Origin: Actinomycetes bacterium
GTDB lineage: Bacteria > Actinomycetota > JAICYB01
NCBI GenBank assembly: GCA_025934435.1
Contig: JAICYB010000009.1
Span: forward strand, 9,724-73,723
Direction: 5' to 3'
Length of the DNA stretch: 64,000 bases
Made by a program: the position numbers and the translations under genes. This document shows positions 44,130 to 55,200 of this stretch, in pieces. The notes under the pieces are model-generated. The model ran no database searches and had not been told where the DNA came from. It worked only from the letters and a program-made list of their open reading frames with translations. Each line of letters starts with the position of its first letter. The first letter of the stretch is position 1.

Positions 44130-45203
44130 TCAGCTCCTTCCGAACCATCGCTCGCGGCGTTCGGCGCCGAACGCCTCGTTGTGCTTCATCAGCTCCTGGG
44201 ACGGGCCGGCCATCGGTGCTCGCGGCTCGGCCCCCGCAAGGAACTCCACGTTCACGATCCCGATCTCGCCGCCCCCGAACTCGACGAAGCAGATACCGCG
44301 TCCTTCGTACGGGACCTCCAGGCGTCCGAGGATGTCGTCGGCGACCACGCGTGCCGCGCTCTCGGCGAGAGTTCCGGCGCGCGGGACGGGTGCGTCCGCG
44401 CAGTCGCCGAGCGCATACACGCCGTCGAAGGGTGTACGCAGGTTCGTCGGGTCGACATGGATCCAGCCATCGGCGCCACCTTCGGTGAGTCCCGATGCTT
44501 GGACGACGTCCGGCGCCTTGTGCAACGGGACCGCGATGAAGTAGTCCTCGCCGCTGCCCGGGACGGCGCGGTGTCCGAACTCGTAGTTGATGCCCCGCGC
44601 GTCGAGTGCATCGGTGATCGCCTGTGATGCGACGGGGGAGACGGGGATCGGCATGGGCATCGGTGTCGTGATCCGCAGGTCGATGGCTTCGCGCACACCG
44701 CGTTCCACGAAGTAGTCATGCATGAGGAACATCGCTTCCCACGGTGCGGGCGGGCACTTGAACGGTACACCGAGGACGCCGATCTGGACGATGCCGCGCT
44801 CGATCGAAGGCAGCACCTCTCGCAAACGCGCAGCGCCTTCGACGGAGTAGAACTCGTGACCGTCGTACGGTACGTAGTCGGCGCCGAGCGCGACGACGAG
44901 GATGTCCGGTCGGTAGGAGTTCGCATCGGTCCGGACCTCCTTTGTCCCAGGATCGATCGAAACGACCTCTTCCCTGCGGAACTCCACACCCGGCTTCGTG
45001 AAGTCCCTGTACGGCAGGGTCACCCCGTCGACGGTGCTGTGTCCGAACAAGACATCGAACTTCGAGTATCCGAAGACGAATCCTTCGTTCCGATCGAGCA
45101 GCGTTACGTGGAAGTCGTCCGCGTGCTCGGATAGGCGCGTCGCGAGCTCCAAGCCCCCGAACCCCGCACCGCAGATGAGGACATCAGTCGATGCAGAACT
45201 CAT
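44130..45203 (-). CDS. FAD/NAD(P)-dependent pyridine-nucleotide-disulfide-type oxidoreductase (SQR/NDH-2-like).
   Basis: VLICGAGFGGLELATRL (GxGxxG). A second dinucleotide fold (IGVLG). GDCA near the C-terminus. Confidence 0.65.
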   Translation of the reverse strand: MSSASTDVLICGAGFGGLELATRLSEHADDFHVTLLDRNEGFVFGYSKFDVLFGHSTVDGVTLPYRDFTKPGVEFRREEVVSIDPGTKEVRTDANSYRPDILVVALGADYVPYDGHEFYSVEGAARLREVLPSIERGIVQIGVLGVPFKCPPAPWEAMFLMHDYFVERGVREAIDLRITTPMPMPIPVSPVASQAITDALDARGINYEFGHRAVPGSGEDYFIAVPLHKAPDVVQASGLTEGGADGWIHVDPTNLRTPFDGVYALGDCADAPVPRAGTLAESAARVVADDILGRLEVPYEGRGICFVEFGGGEIGIVNVEFLAGAEPRAPMAGPSQELMKHNEAFGAERRERWFGRS

Positions 45204-45594
45204 TTCCCTCTGGGTCTTGCATCACGACGAAATAGGTGTCGAAATCCTCGACCGCCTGCAGCTTGCGCCCACCCATGCGGATCAGCCGCGACACCTCGTC
45301 GTCGATCTCGGCGCGGTCGTGTTTCGCGCTCGCGCGCACGTCGAGATGGACGCGGTTCTTCGCGGTCTTGCCTTCCGGGACCTTCTGGAAGAACAGACGA
45401 GGTTCGGAGTCGTTGCCGATCACCATCCAGTTGTCGAGATCGGCTTCGCCGACACCCGAACCGCGCAAGCGGTCCCGCACCGCTTCGACGTCGGGCGGCG
45501 GATAACGCAAGACCTCGGCCCAGAACGTCGCGAGTCCGATCGGGTCGTGCGCGTCGAACGTGATCTGGATCCGCCCGCGTTCGGGGAATGTCAC
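45184..45594 (-). CDS. VOC/glyoxalase-like small protein.
   Basis: GTG start overlapping the amidase stop (GTGA). ...IQITFDAHDPIGLATFWAEVL...VVMQDPEGNEF is a VOC-like fold pattern. Confidence 0.5.
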   Translation of the reverse strand: MTFPERGRIQITFDAHDPIGLATFWAEVLRYPPPDVEAVRDRLRGSGVGEADLDNWMVIGNDSEPRLFFQKVPEGKTAKNRVHLDVRASAKHDRAEIDDEVSRLIRMGGRKLQAVEDFDTYFVVMQDPEGNEFCID

Positions 45595-46979
45595 AGAGGC
45601 GCGTCCGGCGCCACGAGCGGCCACGGACGTTCGCGTTCGGCGATCGATGCGAGATCGAGGAGGGCGCCGTCCATGTGATGGGTGGCCATCACCTGCATGC
45701 CGACCGGAAGGCCGTCCACGGTGCCGATCGGGATCGACACCGCGGGGTTCCCGACGATGTTCGCCGGGATCGTGAGGGCTCCGTTGTTGTCCGGCCCGAC
45801 CTGCCGATCACCGACGCGAGTGCTGATGCCGATATCGGCGGGGAACGCGACATCGGGATTCGTCGCACTGATCACGAAGTCGACCTGGTCGAAGAGCGCG
45901 GCCATCGTCTCGTTCGCTGCCGTCCGTTGATGCTCGGCGCGTCCGGCGAGGTCGATGTCGTACATCTGATCGGCGATCGTCAGACCGAACGCGATCTCCG
46001 TCGTGAGCTCTTCCTTGCGATCCGGCCATGCCTCGCCGAGCGCGGCCTTGAGGCCGACGAGGTTGCACATCGCCCACTCGAGTCCGAGCTGCGGCATCTG
46101 CACGGGTATGTCGACGCGCGACAGTCCGGCGTCGCGGATCAGCGCCTCGCCGGCTTCGATGACAAGCGAAGCGACCTCCGGACGAACCACCGCCGAGCCG
46201 AGGTTCGGCGAGATCACCGCGCGGCGTCCGCGCAGCGGGAACGAGCCGAGCGATCGTTCCCAATCGGGAACCTTCGGCAACGAGTACGGATCGCGCGAGT
46301 CGTAGCCGGCGCAAACGTCGTACCACCGAGCGACGTCGCGCACCGAGCGCGCCTGACAGCCGAGCACCACGGTGAGCGGCGCGATCTCCGTCTGCGGGCC
46401 GCGAGGGATCCGTCCGGCGGTGCCTTTCATGCCGAGGAGCCCGCAGAACGCGGCGGGGATCCGGATCGAGCCGCCGCCGTCGCCGCCGCTCCCGATCGGA
46501 ACCAGGCCGCCCGCGACCGCTGAGGACGATCCACCGGACGAACCGCCGGCCGTCTTCGTCGGGTTCCACGGATTCCCGGTCACACCGTGGATCTTCGAGT
46601 TCGAGATGTTCAGACCGCCGAACTCGCTCGCGATCGTCGCGCCGACCGGATTCGCGCCGCCGGTGCCGACGAGGCGATCGAACCACGTCTTGTTGTAGGT
46701 CGCGACGCGGTCGCGGAAGACGAGCGAGGCTTCGCTCCACGGCCAGCCCACCACGGGATCGAGCTCTTTGACGCCGACGGGGACGCCGCCGAACGGCTTC
46801 GACACGTCCGCGGACGACGCACGTTCGCGCGCCGCTTCCTCGTCGATGTAGGCGAACGCGTTCAGTCGCGAGTTCTCGATCGCCTTCAGCGAAGCTTCGA
46901 GCGCGTCCGCGGGCGTAAGCTCACCCGCGCGCATGGCGTCGACGAGCGAACACGCGTCGCCGAGCCAGGGATCAGCCAT
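45591..46979 (-). CDS. Amidase (amidase-signature family, Ser-cisSer-Lys).
   Basis: GGSSGGSSSAVAGGLVPIGSGGDGGGSIRIPAAFCG is the AS-family signature. 462 aa. Confidence 0.85.
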   Translation of the reverse strand: MADPWLGDACSLVDAMRAGELTPADALEASLKAIENSRLNAFAYIDEEAARERASSADVSKPFGGVPVGVKELDPVVGWPWSEASLVFRDRVATYNKTWFDRLVGTGGANPVGATIASEFGGLNISNSKIHGVTGNPWNPTKTAGGSSGGSSSAVAGGLVPIGSGGDGGGSIRIPAAFCGLLGMKGTAGRIPRGPQTEIAPLTVVLGCQARSVRDVARWYDVCAGYDSRDPYSLPKVPDWERSLGSFPLRGRRAVISPNLGSAVVRPEVASLVIEAGEALIRDAGLSRVDIPVQMPQLGLEWAMCNLVGLKAALGEAWPDRKEELTTEIAFGLTIADQMYDIDLAGRAEHQRTAANETMAALFDQVDFVISATNPDVAFPADIGISTRVGDRQVGPDNNGALTIPANIVGNPAVSIPIGTVDGLPVGMQVMATHHMDGALLDLASIAERERPWPLVAPDAPL

Positions 46980-46996
46980 ACCAGGAGGTTATACAG

Positions 46997-47584
46997 ATGG
47001 AGTTCCAGGACGTCGTCCGGCGGCGCCGGATGGTCCGCAACTTCGAGGATCGTCCGGTGCCGGACGAAGCCCTCGACCTGATCCTCGAGAACGCGCTCCA
47101 CGCACCGTCCGCCGGGTTCTCGCAGGGCTGGGCCTTCCTCGTCCTGCAGGGCGACGAGAAGAGGCATTTCCACGACGTGACCTACCCAGGCCACGACGAC
47201 CTCGGTGTGTACCGGGCCCCCGTCCTCATCGTGTGCCTTTCGCACAAGGACGCCTATCTCGACCGCTACACCGAGCCCGACAAGGGCTGGACGGATCGGG
47301 ACGAATCACGCTGGCCCGCCCCCTACTGGGATATCGACACGGGCTTCGCCGCGCTCCTGATGCTCCTCACGGCCGTCGACAACGGACTCGCCGGCGTCTT
47401 CTTCGGGATCGCGCCCGACAAGATCCGGGTGTTCCACGAGGAGTTCGGCGTGCCGGATCCCTATCACCCGATCGGCGCGATCGCGCTGGGCTACGCCGCC
47501 ACCGACACGCCGTCGTCGTCTCTGAAACGAGGGCGCCGTCCGCAAGCGGAGGTTGTGCATCGCGGACGCTGGCAATCTAGATAG
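46997..47584 (+). CDS. Nitroreductase-family protein.
   Basis: RRRRMVRNFEDRPVPDEALDLILENALHAPSAGFSQGWAFLVL is the nitroreductase N-terminal FMN-binding pattern. Confidence 0.7.
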   Translation: MEFQDVVRRRRMVRNFEDRPVPDEALDLILENALHAPSAGFSQGWAFLVLQGDEKRHFHDVTYPGHDDLGVYRAPVLIVCLSHKDAYLDRYTEPDKGWTDRDESRWPAPYWDIDTGFAALLMLLTAVDNGLAGVFFGIAPDKIRVFHEEFGVPDPYHPIGAIALGYAATDTPSSSLKRGRRPQAEVVHRGRWQSR

Positions 47585-47586
47585 GT

Positions 47587-48693
47587 ATGCGTATCGCCCA
47601 GGTCGCACCCCTGTACGAATCGGTCCCTCCGAAGTACTACGGCGGCACCGAACGCGTGGTGTCGTACCTCACCGAGGAGTTCGTCCGTCAAGGACATGAG
47701 GTGACGCTCTTCGCGTCGGGGGATTCGGAGACGTCCGCACGACTCGTCCCCGTCTCGCATCGGAGCCTGCGTCTCGACAAGCACTGCGTCGACGTAGTCG
47801 CTCATCACGTGAAGCTGCTCGAAGACGTCGTCCGCAGGCAGGACGAGTTCGACATCATCCATTTCCACATCGGCTACCTCCACTTCCCGGTGACGGAGCG
47901 TTTGCGAACGCCGCACGTCTCGACCCAGCACGGACGTCTCGACCTGCCCGACCTGATGGGCCTGTACTCGACGTTCCGTAGCCTGCCCAACACGTCCATC
48001 TCCGATGACCAGCGCCGGGCCATGCCGTGGCTGAACTGGGTGTCGACCGTGTACCACGGCCTCCCCGAAGACGCGTACACCTTCCACGAGAGCCCCGGTG
48101 ACTACTTCGCGTTCCTCGGACGGATCTCTCCCGAAAAGCGCGTCGATCGAGCCATCGAGATCGCGAAGAACCTCGGCGTCCCGATCAAGATCGCGGCGAA
48201 GGTCGACGCACTCGACGTCGACTATTTCGAGACGACGATCTATCCGCTGCTCGATCACCCGCTCGTCGACTTCATCGGCGAGATCGGCGAAGGCGAGAAG
48301 AGCGAGTTCCTCGGACACGCGGGCGCGTTGCTATTCCCGATCGACTGGCCGGAACCGTTCGGTCTCGTCATGATCGAATCGCTCGCCTGCGGGACACCGG
48401 TGGTTGCGTACCGTCAGGGATCCGTCCCCGAAGTGATCACGCACGGACACGACGGCTTCATCGTGACGAACATCGCCGACGCCGTCGAAGCCGCGGGGTC
48501 GACGACGATCGACCGGCGGAACTGCCGGAAGACCTTCGAAGACAGGTTCTCGGCCCGGAAGATGGCCGAGGGCTACGTCGCAACCTACGAGCGCGTCATC
48601 TCGATGCCACCCCAGGCCCCGGCGATCGAGGTCCGTCCGGAAGCGGCCGCCGTTACCACATGGCGGGACCCCGAGATGGTGCCGGAGGACTGA
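47587..48693 (+). CDS. GT4-family glycosyltransferase.
   Basis: MRIAQVAPLYESVPPKYYGGTERVV (GT-B N-terminal domain). ...EPFGLVMIESLACGTPVVAYRQGSVPEVI carries the E-x7-E motif of retaining GT4 enzymes. Confidence 0.8.
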   Translation: MRIAQVAPLYESVPPKYYGGTERVVSYLTEEFVRQGHEVTLFASGDSETSARLVPVSHRSLRLDKHCVDVVAHHVKLLEDVVRRQDEFDIIHFHIGYLHFPVTERLRTPHVSTQHGRLDLPDLMGLYSTFRSLPNTSISDDQRRAMPWLNWVSTVYHGLPEDAYTFHESPGDYFAFLGRISPEKRVDRAIEIAKNLGVPIKIAAKVDALDVDYFETTIYPLLDHPLVDFIGEIGEGEKSEFLGHAGALLFPIDWPEPFGLVMIESLACGTPVVAYRQGSVPEVITHGHDGFIVTNIADAVEAAGSTTIDRRNCRKTFEDRFSARKMAEGYVATYERVISMPPQAPAIEVRPEAAAVTTWRDPEMVPED

Positions 48694-50850
48694 GTGCCCG
48701 AGGTCATCCGCGTCCGCGATTCGTATTACATCCTCGCGACGTCGCCGCTCGCCGATAACCAAACGCGTGTCCTGAAGCACGGCGAGACGTTCGCGATCTT
48801 CGACCTCTACGGCGACATCCGGCGGCTCGGCCGAGGCGAGCAAGGCGTCTATCACAAGGGGACGAGACACCTCTCCCGTTCGGTGCTGAAGCTCGGCGAC
48901 GAGCGTCCGCTGCTCCTCGGTTCGTCGGTATCCGAAGACAACGTCGTCTTCGCCGTCGACATGACCAACCCGGACATGACGATCGGCTCGACGTTCGTCC
49001 CGCGCGGCACGCTGCACATCTTCCGCTCGATCTTCTTGCGGGACGGCGCCTGCTACGAGCGGGTGCGGTTGTTCTCCTACGCGGACAAGCCACTCGAAGT
49101 GACGCTGACGCTTTCGTTCGAAGCCGACTTCGCAGACATCTTCGAGGTCCGCGGGACGAAGCGCTCGCATCGCGGCGAGCTGCACGATCCGCGGATCGAG
49201 GACGGCGACCTCGTGATCTGTTACGACGGCCTCGACGGTGTCGAACGCCGGACACGCATCGTCGTGTCGTCCGAAGGCAAGGTGGACGACTCCGGGATCA
49301 CGTTCACGTGCGCGCTGCCGCCCCAGACGCCGCGCGAGATGTTCGTGCTGACCGTCGCGGAAGGCGGGGCGTCGCACCGTGCCGTCGAGGCCTATGCGAA
49401 TGCGATCTCGCACGTGCGGGAATCGCAGAAACGGTCCGGTGAGCGGCTGACGGTGATCCGGACATCGAACGAGCTGTTCAACGCGTGGATCGACAGGTCG
49501 CTCTCGGACCTTCGCATGATGATCACGGACACACCGCACGGAAGGGTCCCGTACGGCGGCGTGCCGTGGTTCAGCGCTCCGTTCGGTCGCGACGCGATCA
49601 TCACCGCGCTGCAGATGCTCTGGGTGGACCCGTCCGTCGCGCGCGGTGTGTTGCGCTACCTCGCGGCCACGCAGGCGACCGAGGTCAACGAGGAACGAGC
49701 GGCGGAGCCGGGCAAGATCCTCCATGAACACCGGTGGGGCGAGATGGCCGCGCTCGGTGAAGTGCCCTTCGGGATGTACTACGGCTCGGTCGATTCGACA
49801 CCGCTCTTCGTCGCGCTCGCCGGCGAGTACTTCGCAGCGACGAACGACATCGCCTGCGCGCGGGAGCTCTGGCCGAACATCGAAGCGGCGCTGCGGTGGA
49901 TCGACGATTACGGCGATGTCGACGGCGACGGATTCATCGAATACACGGGATCGACGAAGGGGCTCGTCCAGCAGGGGTGGAAGGACTCCCAGGACTCCGT
50001 GTTCCACGCCGACGGCAGGATCGCGCAGCCGCCGATCGCCCTGTGTGAGGTGCAGGGGTACGTCTACTGGGCGAAGCGCCAGGCGGCGCGGATGGCCTCG
50101 GCGATCGGCGACGCCGAACGCGCGTCGCGACTCCTGAAGGAAGCGGATGCGATCAAGGACGCGTTCGAGGATGCCTTCTGGGTCGAGGAGATCGGGACGT
50201 ATGCGATCGCGCTGGACGGCGAGAAACGACCGTGCGCGATCCGGGCGTCCAACGCCGGGCATTGCTTGTTCACCGAGATCGCTTCGCCGCAGCACGGGAA
50301 GCGCGTCGCCGAATCGTTGCTATCGGATCAGTTCTTCTCCGGATGGGGTATCCGGACGCTCGCGACGAATGAGATCCGTTACGGACCCATCACCTATCAC
50401 AACGGATCGGTGTGGCCGCACGACAACTCGATCATCGGCGCCGGCCTCGCGAACTACTCGCGTAAGGAAGGGGCCGAGCGGATCCTCGCTGCGCTCCTCG
50501 ACGCGACGGACGTCCTCGAGTTCCACCGCCTCCCCGAGCTGTACTGCGGGTTCCCGCGACGTCCGGGACAAGGCCCCATCGAGTACCCACTTGCGTGCGC
50601 ACCGCAGTCGTGGGCGGCGGGTTCGGTCTTCCTGTTGCTGCGCGCTTGTCTCGGGCTCTCCGTCGACGCAACACGCGGACGGATCACGTTGTCTCGTCCG
50701 CGTCTGCCGAGCTTCTTGCGCGAGATGCACCTGCGTGGGTTGCGTGCAGGTGATGCGTCCGTCGATCTCGCGTTGTACGCGCACGGGGAAGACACCGGCG
50801 TGAACGTGACGAATCGTGAAGGCGACGTCGAAGTCGTCGTCGTCAAGTAA
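48694..50850 (+). CDS. Glycogen-debranching-enzyme-like glycoside hydrolase (GDE_N plus amylo-alpha-1,6-glucosidase / six-hairpin GDE_C family).
   Basis: 718 aa. The C-terminal half is rich in W/Y/G, typical of (alpha/alpha)6 glycosidases (GWKDSQDSVFHADG, CEVQGYVYWA, GWGIRTLA). Start directly follows the GT4 stop. Confidence 0.65.
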   Translation: MPEVIRVRDSYYILATSPLADNQTRVLKHGETFAIFDLYGDIRRLGRGEQGVYHKGTRHLSRSVLKLGDERPLLLGSSVSEDNVVFAVDMTNPDMTIGSTFVPRGTLHIFRSIFLRDGACYERVRLFSYADKPLEVTLTLSFEADFADIFEVRGTKRSHRGELHDPRIEDGDLVICYDGLDGVERRTRIVVSSEGKVDDSGITFTCALPPQTPREMFVLTVAEGGASHRAVEAYANAISHVRESQKRSGERLTVIRTSNELFNAWIDRSLSDLRMMITDTPHGRVPYGGVPWFSAPFGRDAIITALQMLWVDPSVARGVLRYLAATQATEVNEERAAEPGKILHEHRWGEMAALGEVPFGMYYGSVDSTPLFVALAGEYFAATNDIACARELWPNIEAALRWIDDYGDVDGDGFIEYTGSTKGLVQQGWKDSQDSVFHADGRIAQPPIALCEVQGYVYWAKRQAARMASAIGDAERASRLLKEADAIKDAFEDAFWVEEIGTYAIALDGEKRPCAIRASNAGHCLFTEIASPQHGKRVAESLLSDQFFSGWGIRTLATNEIRYGPITYHNGSVWPHDNSIIGAGLANYSRKEGAERILAALLDATDVLEFHRLPELYCGFPRRPGQGPIEYPLACAPQSWAAGSVFLLLRACLGLSVDATRGRITLSRPRLPSFLREMHLRGLRAGDASVDLALYAHGEDTGVNVTNREGDVEVVVVK

Positions 50851-51475
50851 GGGCGTTCGCCAAAGCGCCGATGAGCGCTTGCGTATCGGGACAGCCCGGC
50901 CCCCGTTCGTCGCCTTCCCAAAACGGCGGGAGACCACGGACGCGCGGCGTCAGCTCGAGTTGGACGCCCCCCCGGCGCACGCGGTTGCAGAGGTTCCGGG
51001 GGCTCAGCCCCCGGCAGTGCGACGGGATCTGCTCCAGGTCGTCCACGACGTCGTAGGAAGGAAGCGCGTTCCGCAACGCGTCCGCGACCCTCATGGCGAG
51101 GTCGCGGTTGCGTCCGCCGACGAGGAGCGGCCGGTCGACGCCGTCACGCCCGAACCGGAACATGCTCGGTGCCGTGATCGCGCCGAACTGTTCCGTCCCC
51201 CATCCGTGTATCGCGACGACGGTGTCGACGTGCTCGACGAACGATTGGAGTGCCGGAGACTGGGACGGATCGAGCTTCGTCGATGGGATGTGCCAGCGGA
51301 AACCGCGCGGCTGGCGGATCGTGTACAGCGATGCGCCGGCGCGTTCGGCGACGGCGGTCGCGATGACGTCTGTCATCACTTCGAGTGAGCCACCGTGGAA
51401 CGCCATGACGCCGATGGGCGACCGAAGCTCGCAGGTTTCTTCGACGCCTTCGGTCGCTAGGAGTTCATCGAGCAC
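50843..51475 (-). CDS. Poly-gamma-glutamate hydrolase family protein (PghP-like zinc peptidase, UPF0714).
   Basis: FHGGSLEVMTD, SLYTIRQ, VVAIHGWG, LLVGGRN, GLSPRNLCNR and GGVQLELT match the PF05908-type conserved blocks (H-x-E zinc ligands, IHG). Confidence 0.5.
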   Translation of the reverse strand: MLDELLATEGVEETCELRSPIGVMAFHGGSLEVMTDVIATAVAERAGASLYTIRQPRGFRWHIPSTKLDPSQSPALQSFVEHVDTVVAIHGWGTEQFGAITAPSMFRFGRDGVDRPLLVGGRNRDLAMRVADALRNALPSYDVVDDLEQIPSHCRGLSPRNLCNRVRRGGVQLELTPRVRGLPPFWEGDERGPGCPDTQALIGALANALT

Positions 51476-52255
51476 TTAGCTCGCTACGTTACTCGCGAGC
51501 CACTGCTCCCACGTGATCTGGCCGTCGCGATGATCGGGCGTGAGGTTGTGGCCCTCCCGAAACGCCCTGATCGCCCTGCCCGGGAAGGGCACAGACACGA
51601 CGATGCGTGACTTCTTCTTGGCGCGTAGCCACGACTTCGCGATGTCCTTGAATCCGAGGATCTCGGGCCCGCCCATATCGGGAGCTCGTCCCGACGGGCC
51701 CTGTTCGATCAGCGAAGCCATGCGCGCTGCGACTTCGCCCGGATCGAGGAGCTGCGAGCGCACGCCTTTCGGCACCATGACGACCGGTGAGCGCGCGAGC
51801 CGGCCGACGAACTCGTCCGGGAGCGTATGCCACTGGGTCGTCCGGAGGATCGTGTGGGGCAGGCCGCTGCGTTCGATGATCTGTTCGCAGTCGTACTTCG
51901 CTCGGTAATAGCCGAGCGGGATCTTGTCGACGCCGACGATGGAGATGTACACGACGTGGACGTTGCGCTCCAGGAGTTTGATCAAGCGGTCGGTCGGGTC
52001 GACGTCGGTTTTCTTCGATGCGGCGTAACCCAGTCCTTTCGCGCCGTTGTCCGCCGCGCCGGACGCGCAATGAACGAGGACGTCGACACCCTTCACCGCG
52101 TCGCCGATCCCTTCGCCCGTCACGAGGTCGCCGACGACGTGATCCGGTCCCGGCTTGCGGGACAGCACCTTGACGTTGTGTCCCGCCGTCACGAGCACCG
52201 GGACGAGCTCGCGGCCGAGGTGCCCCGTCCCGCCCGTGACGAGGATCTGACTCAT
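51476..52255 (-). CDS. NmrA-like / atypical SDR NAD(P)H-binding protein.
   Basis: MSQILVTGGTGHLGRELV (Rossmann TGxTGxxG). 259 aa. ATG overlaps the tricorn stop (ATGA). The upstream part of the track ORF is Arg-rich non-coding. Confidence 0.7.
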   Translation of the reverse strand: MSQILVTGGTGHLGRELVPVLVTAGHNVKVLSRKPGPDHVVGDLVTGEGIGDAVKGVDVLVHCASGAADNGAKGLGYAASKKTDVDPTDRLIKLLERNVHVVYISIVGVDKIPLGYYRAKYDCEQIIERSGLPHTILRTTQWHTLPDEFVGRLARSPVVMVPKGVRSQLLDPGEVAARMASLIEQGPSGRAPDMGGPEILGFKDIAKSWLRAKKKSRIVVSVPFPGRAIRAFREGHNLTPDHRDGQITWEQWLASNVAS

Positions 52256-55200
52256 CGCTTGGGCAGTTTGGGCAGCGTCAGCTTCGGTCGCGTCTTGAGG
52301 TCGGGGAACTTCGGCTTGTACTTCGTGAGCGCCTGACCCATCAGCCGGAGCGCGGTGTCCATCTGCGGATCGCGACCGGCTGCGTAGTCCTGCGGCGTGA
52401 TGTCGAGATCGTGCGTCGGATCCGTCCCGTAGTTCTCGACGCCCCAGCCGACGTCGCGGAACCAGTAGGAGTACTCCGGCTGTGTCGTCATCCCGTTGTC
52501 GACGAGCATGTGGCGGTAGCTGATGCCGATGACGCCGCCCCACGTTCGCTTCCCGACGACGGGTCCGAGGCCGAGGATCTTGAACGCATGCGTGAAGATG
52601 TCGCCGTCCGACCCGGCCTGCTCGTTCGTCAGACACACGAGGGGTCCGTTCGGCGAATCCGACGGGTACGGGTCCGGCGTCTTGCTCCACCGCGTCACGT
52701 CGTAGCCGATCCTTTGACGCGCGAGCTTCTCGAGGATGATCTGCGAGACGTGGCCACCGCCGTTGTAACGGACGTCGACGATCAATCCGTCGCGGACGAC
52801 TTCCGCGTTGTAGTAGCGGTGGAACTCGGCGTAGCCGTGCGGACCCATATCCGGGATGTGGACGTAACCGACGCGCCCGCGCGTCCGGTCGTGGACGAGC
52901 GCGCGATTGCGCTCCACCCATTCGCGATAACGCGCCGGCTTCTCGTCGACGAGCGTCTTGACGTAGAGCGTTCGACGCGCGCGGCCCTGCGCGTTCGCGA
53001 GGACGAGCTCGACGTCGGTTCCCGCGTAGTTCACGAGGAGCCACGACGGTGAATGGTCGGGCGTCGCCGGCTCGCCGTTGATCGCGACGATGACGTCGCC
53101 TTCCTTCGCGTCGATGCCCGGTGCGGCGAGCGGTGACGTCTGCGACGGTTCCCAGCTATCGCCGCGGACGACGTGCGTGATCACCCAACGCCCGTTGCGC
53201 AGTTCGATGTCGACGCCGAGATGGCCGACGCGGTAGGGAGGTGGTGGCTTGAGGTCGCCGCCCATCTCGTAGGCGTGCGACGTGCCGAGCTCGCCGTTCA
53301 TCTCCCACATGAGGTCGGAGAACTCGTAGCGGCTGCCCACCTTGTCGACGAGCGGCCGGTAGCGGTCGTAGATCGCCACCCAGTCGACGCCCGACATGTC
53401 GGGGACCCAGAAGTGCTCCCGCTGGAAGCGCCATGCTTCGCGGAACATCTGCCGGTACTCGCTCGCCGGATCGACGGACACGCGGATACGACCGAGGTCG
53501 ATCCAACCGGACTTCCGCCCCGGGGCGTCGCCGTTGCTGTCGTCGGGCTTGTTATCCGCGCGTATCGCGCGCAGCCGGCCGTGGGCGCGGTAGAGCAGCG
53601 TCGAATTGTCCAGCGAAACCGTGAAGCTGGCCGCACCCTGGACGAGACCGTCGCACTTGAGTTCCTTCAGGTCGTAGATCTCGATCTTGCCGTTCGCTTC
53701 TTCCGAGTCTTCGTCGGTGGCACCGAGCGCCCCGCTCACCGGGATGCTTGCGAATACGACCTTGTCCTTGATGCCGCGGATCTGTGTGTAGCGGCCTTCG
53801 GGAACAGGGAACGCCACGATCCGTTCCTCGATCCCGTCGAAGTCGATCGGGAGCATCTTCGGCTTCTCGGACGACGTACCTTTCTTCGGTGGTTCGTCCT
53901 TCGGCGGCTTCTCGACGAACGGGCGCGGCTTCGGAACGAAGGGCGACGGTTCATCCGCGCGAAGCGTGACGAGATGCGGACGCACCGTGCGCGGGAACCC
54001 GAGGTCGAAGTAGATCGAGTCGTACACCGGATCGAAGACGCGTGCCGAGAGGAAGTAGAGGTAACGGCCGTCCGGATCGAAGGACGGAACGCCGTCCGAG
54101 AAATCGGGTCGAGTCACCGTCACCGTGTTGCCGTTCGCGGCTTCGGCGATCCGGAGCACGGACGTGCGGCGATCCGGTGCGATCGCGTATGCGACGTAGC
54201 GGCCGTCCGGCGACCAGGTCGCGCCCGAGATCTGCGCGTGCTCGCTCGAGTCGAGGACGCGGCTGCGATTCGTCTGGACGTCGACGAAGACGAGTTCGTT
54301 GCGGTGGTTCGTCAAGACGACTTGGTTCTTGGTCGGCGACACCACGAGCTCGATCGCGCGACCGATGTCGACGCGGTCGAGGCGTTTCGTGCGTGATCCG
54401 TCCTTCGTCGAGTAGACCTCGATCGCTTCCTCGCCGGCCTCGTCCGATACGCAGACGATCGCCGCACCGTCGAACGTGAAGCGCGGGAGGCGGTACCGCA
54501 CGCCGTCGCGCGCACCGTACTGCCGCGGCGCCTGCTCCCAGTTCGGCATGGTGAAGAGCTTCCCGCGCGTCGCGAGCGCGACCTGGCTGCCGTCGGGGTG
54601 CAATCCCCACGAATGCAGATACCGGGACGCATCGACGAACCGACGGTTGCGTCCGATGCGCGGCGAACGAAGGTCGATGTCGACGCGGCGGCTCTCGCCG
54701 CTCTCGGGATCGAAGATCCAGACTTCCGCCGCGAGCTGATAGACGATGCGCGCACCGTCGCTGTACGCCCACCGCGCGTAGTACGTGTCGTGATCGGTGT
54801 GTCGACGGATGCTTCGTCCAGTCGGCGTGACCGAATAGAGGTTGCCGATCCCTTCGTGATCCGACAGGAAGTAGATGCGTTCTCCGACCCACAGTGGCGA
54901 AGCGAGATTCCCGTTGATGTTCACGAGACGCTTGAACGTGCCCCGTCCGACGGTGTCGATCCAGATGTCGCCGCGCGTACCGCCGCGGTAGCGCTTCCAT
55001 CGCGCGGGATCGACGGTGTTCCGTCCGAGGACGATCCGTTTCCCGTCGGGCGCGTAGTTCAGCTCGTTCGCCGGACCGACGGGGACCTGCGCCGGCACTC
55101 CGGACGAAGCATCAACGGTGTAGACGGCGTTCTCACCGCGGTTGGACGTCCGTGCGTCGGTCTGGAAGATGACGCGACCATCGCGCGTCCATCCACGGAC

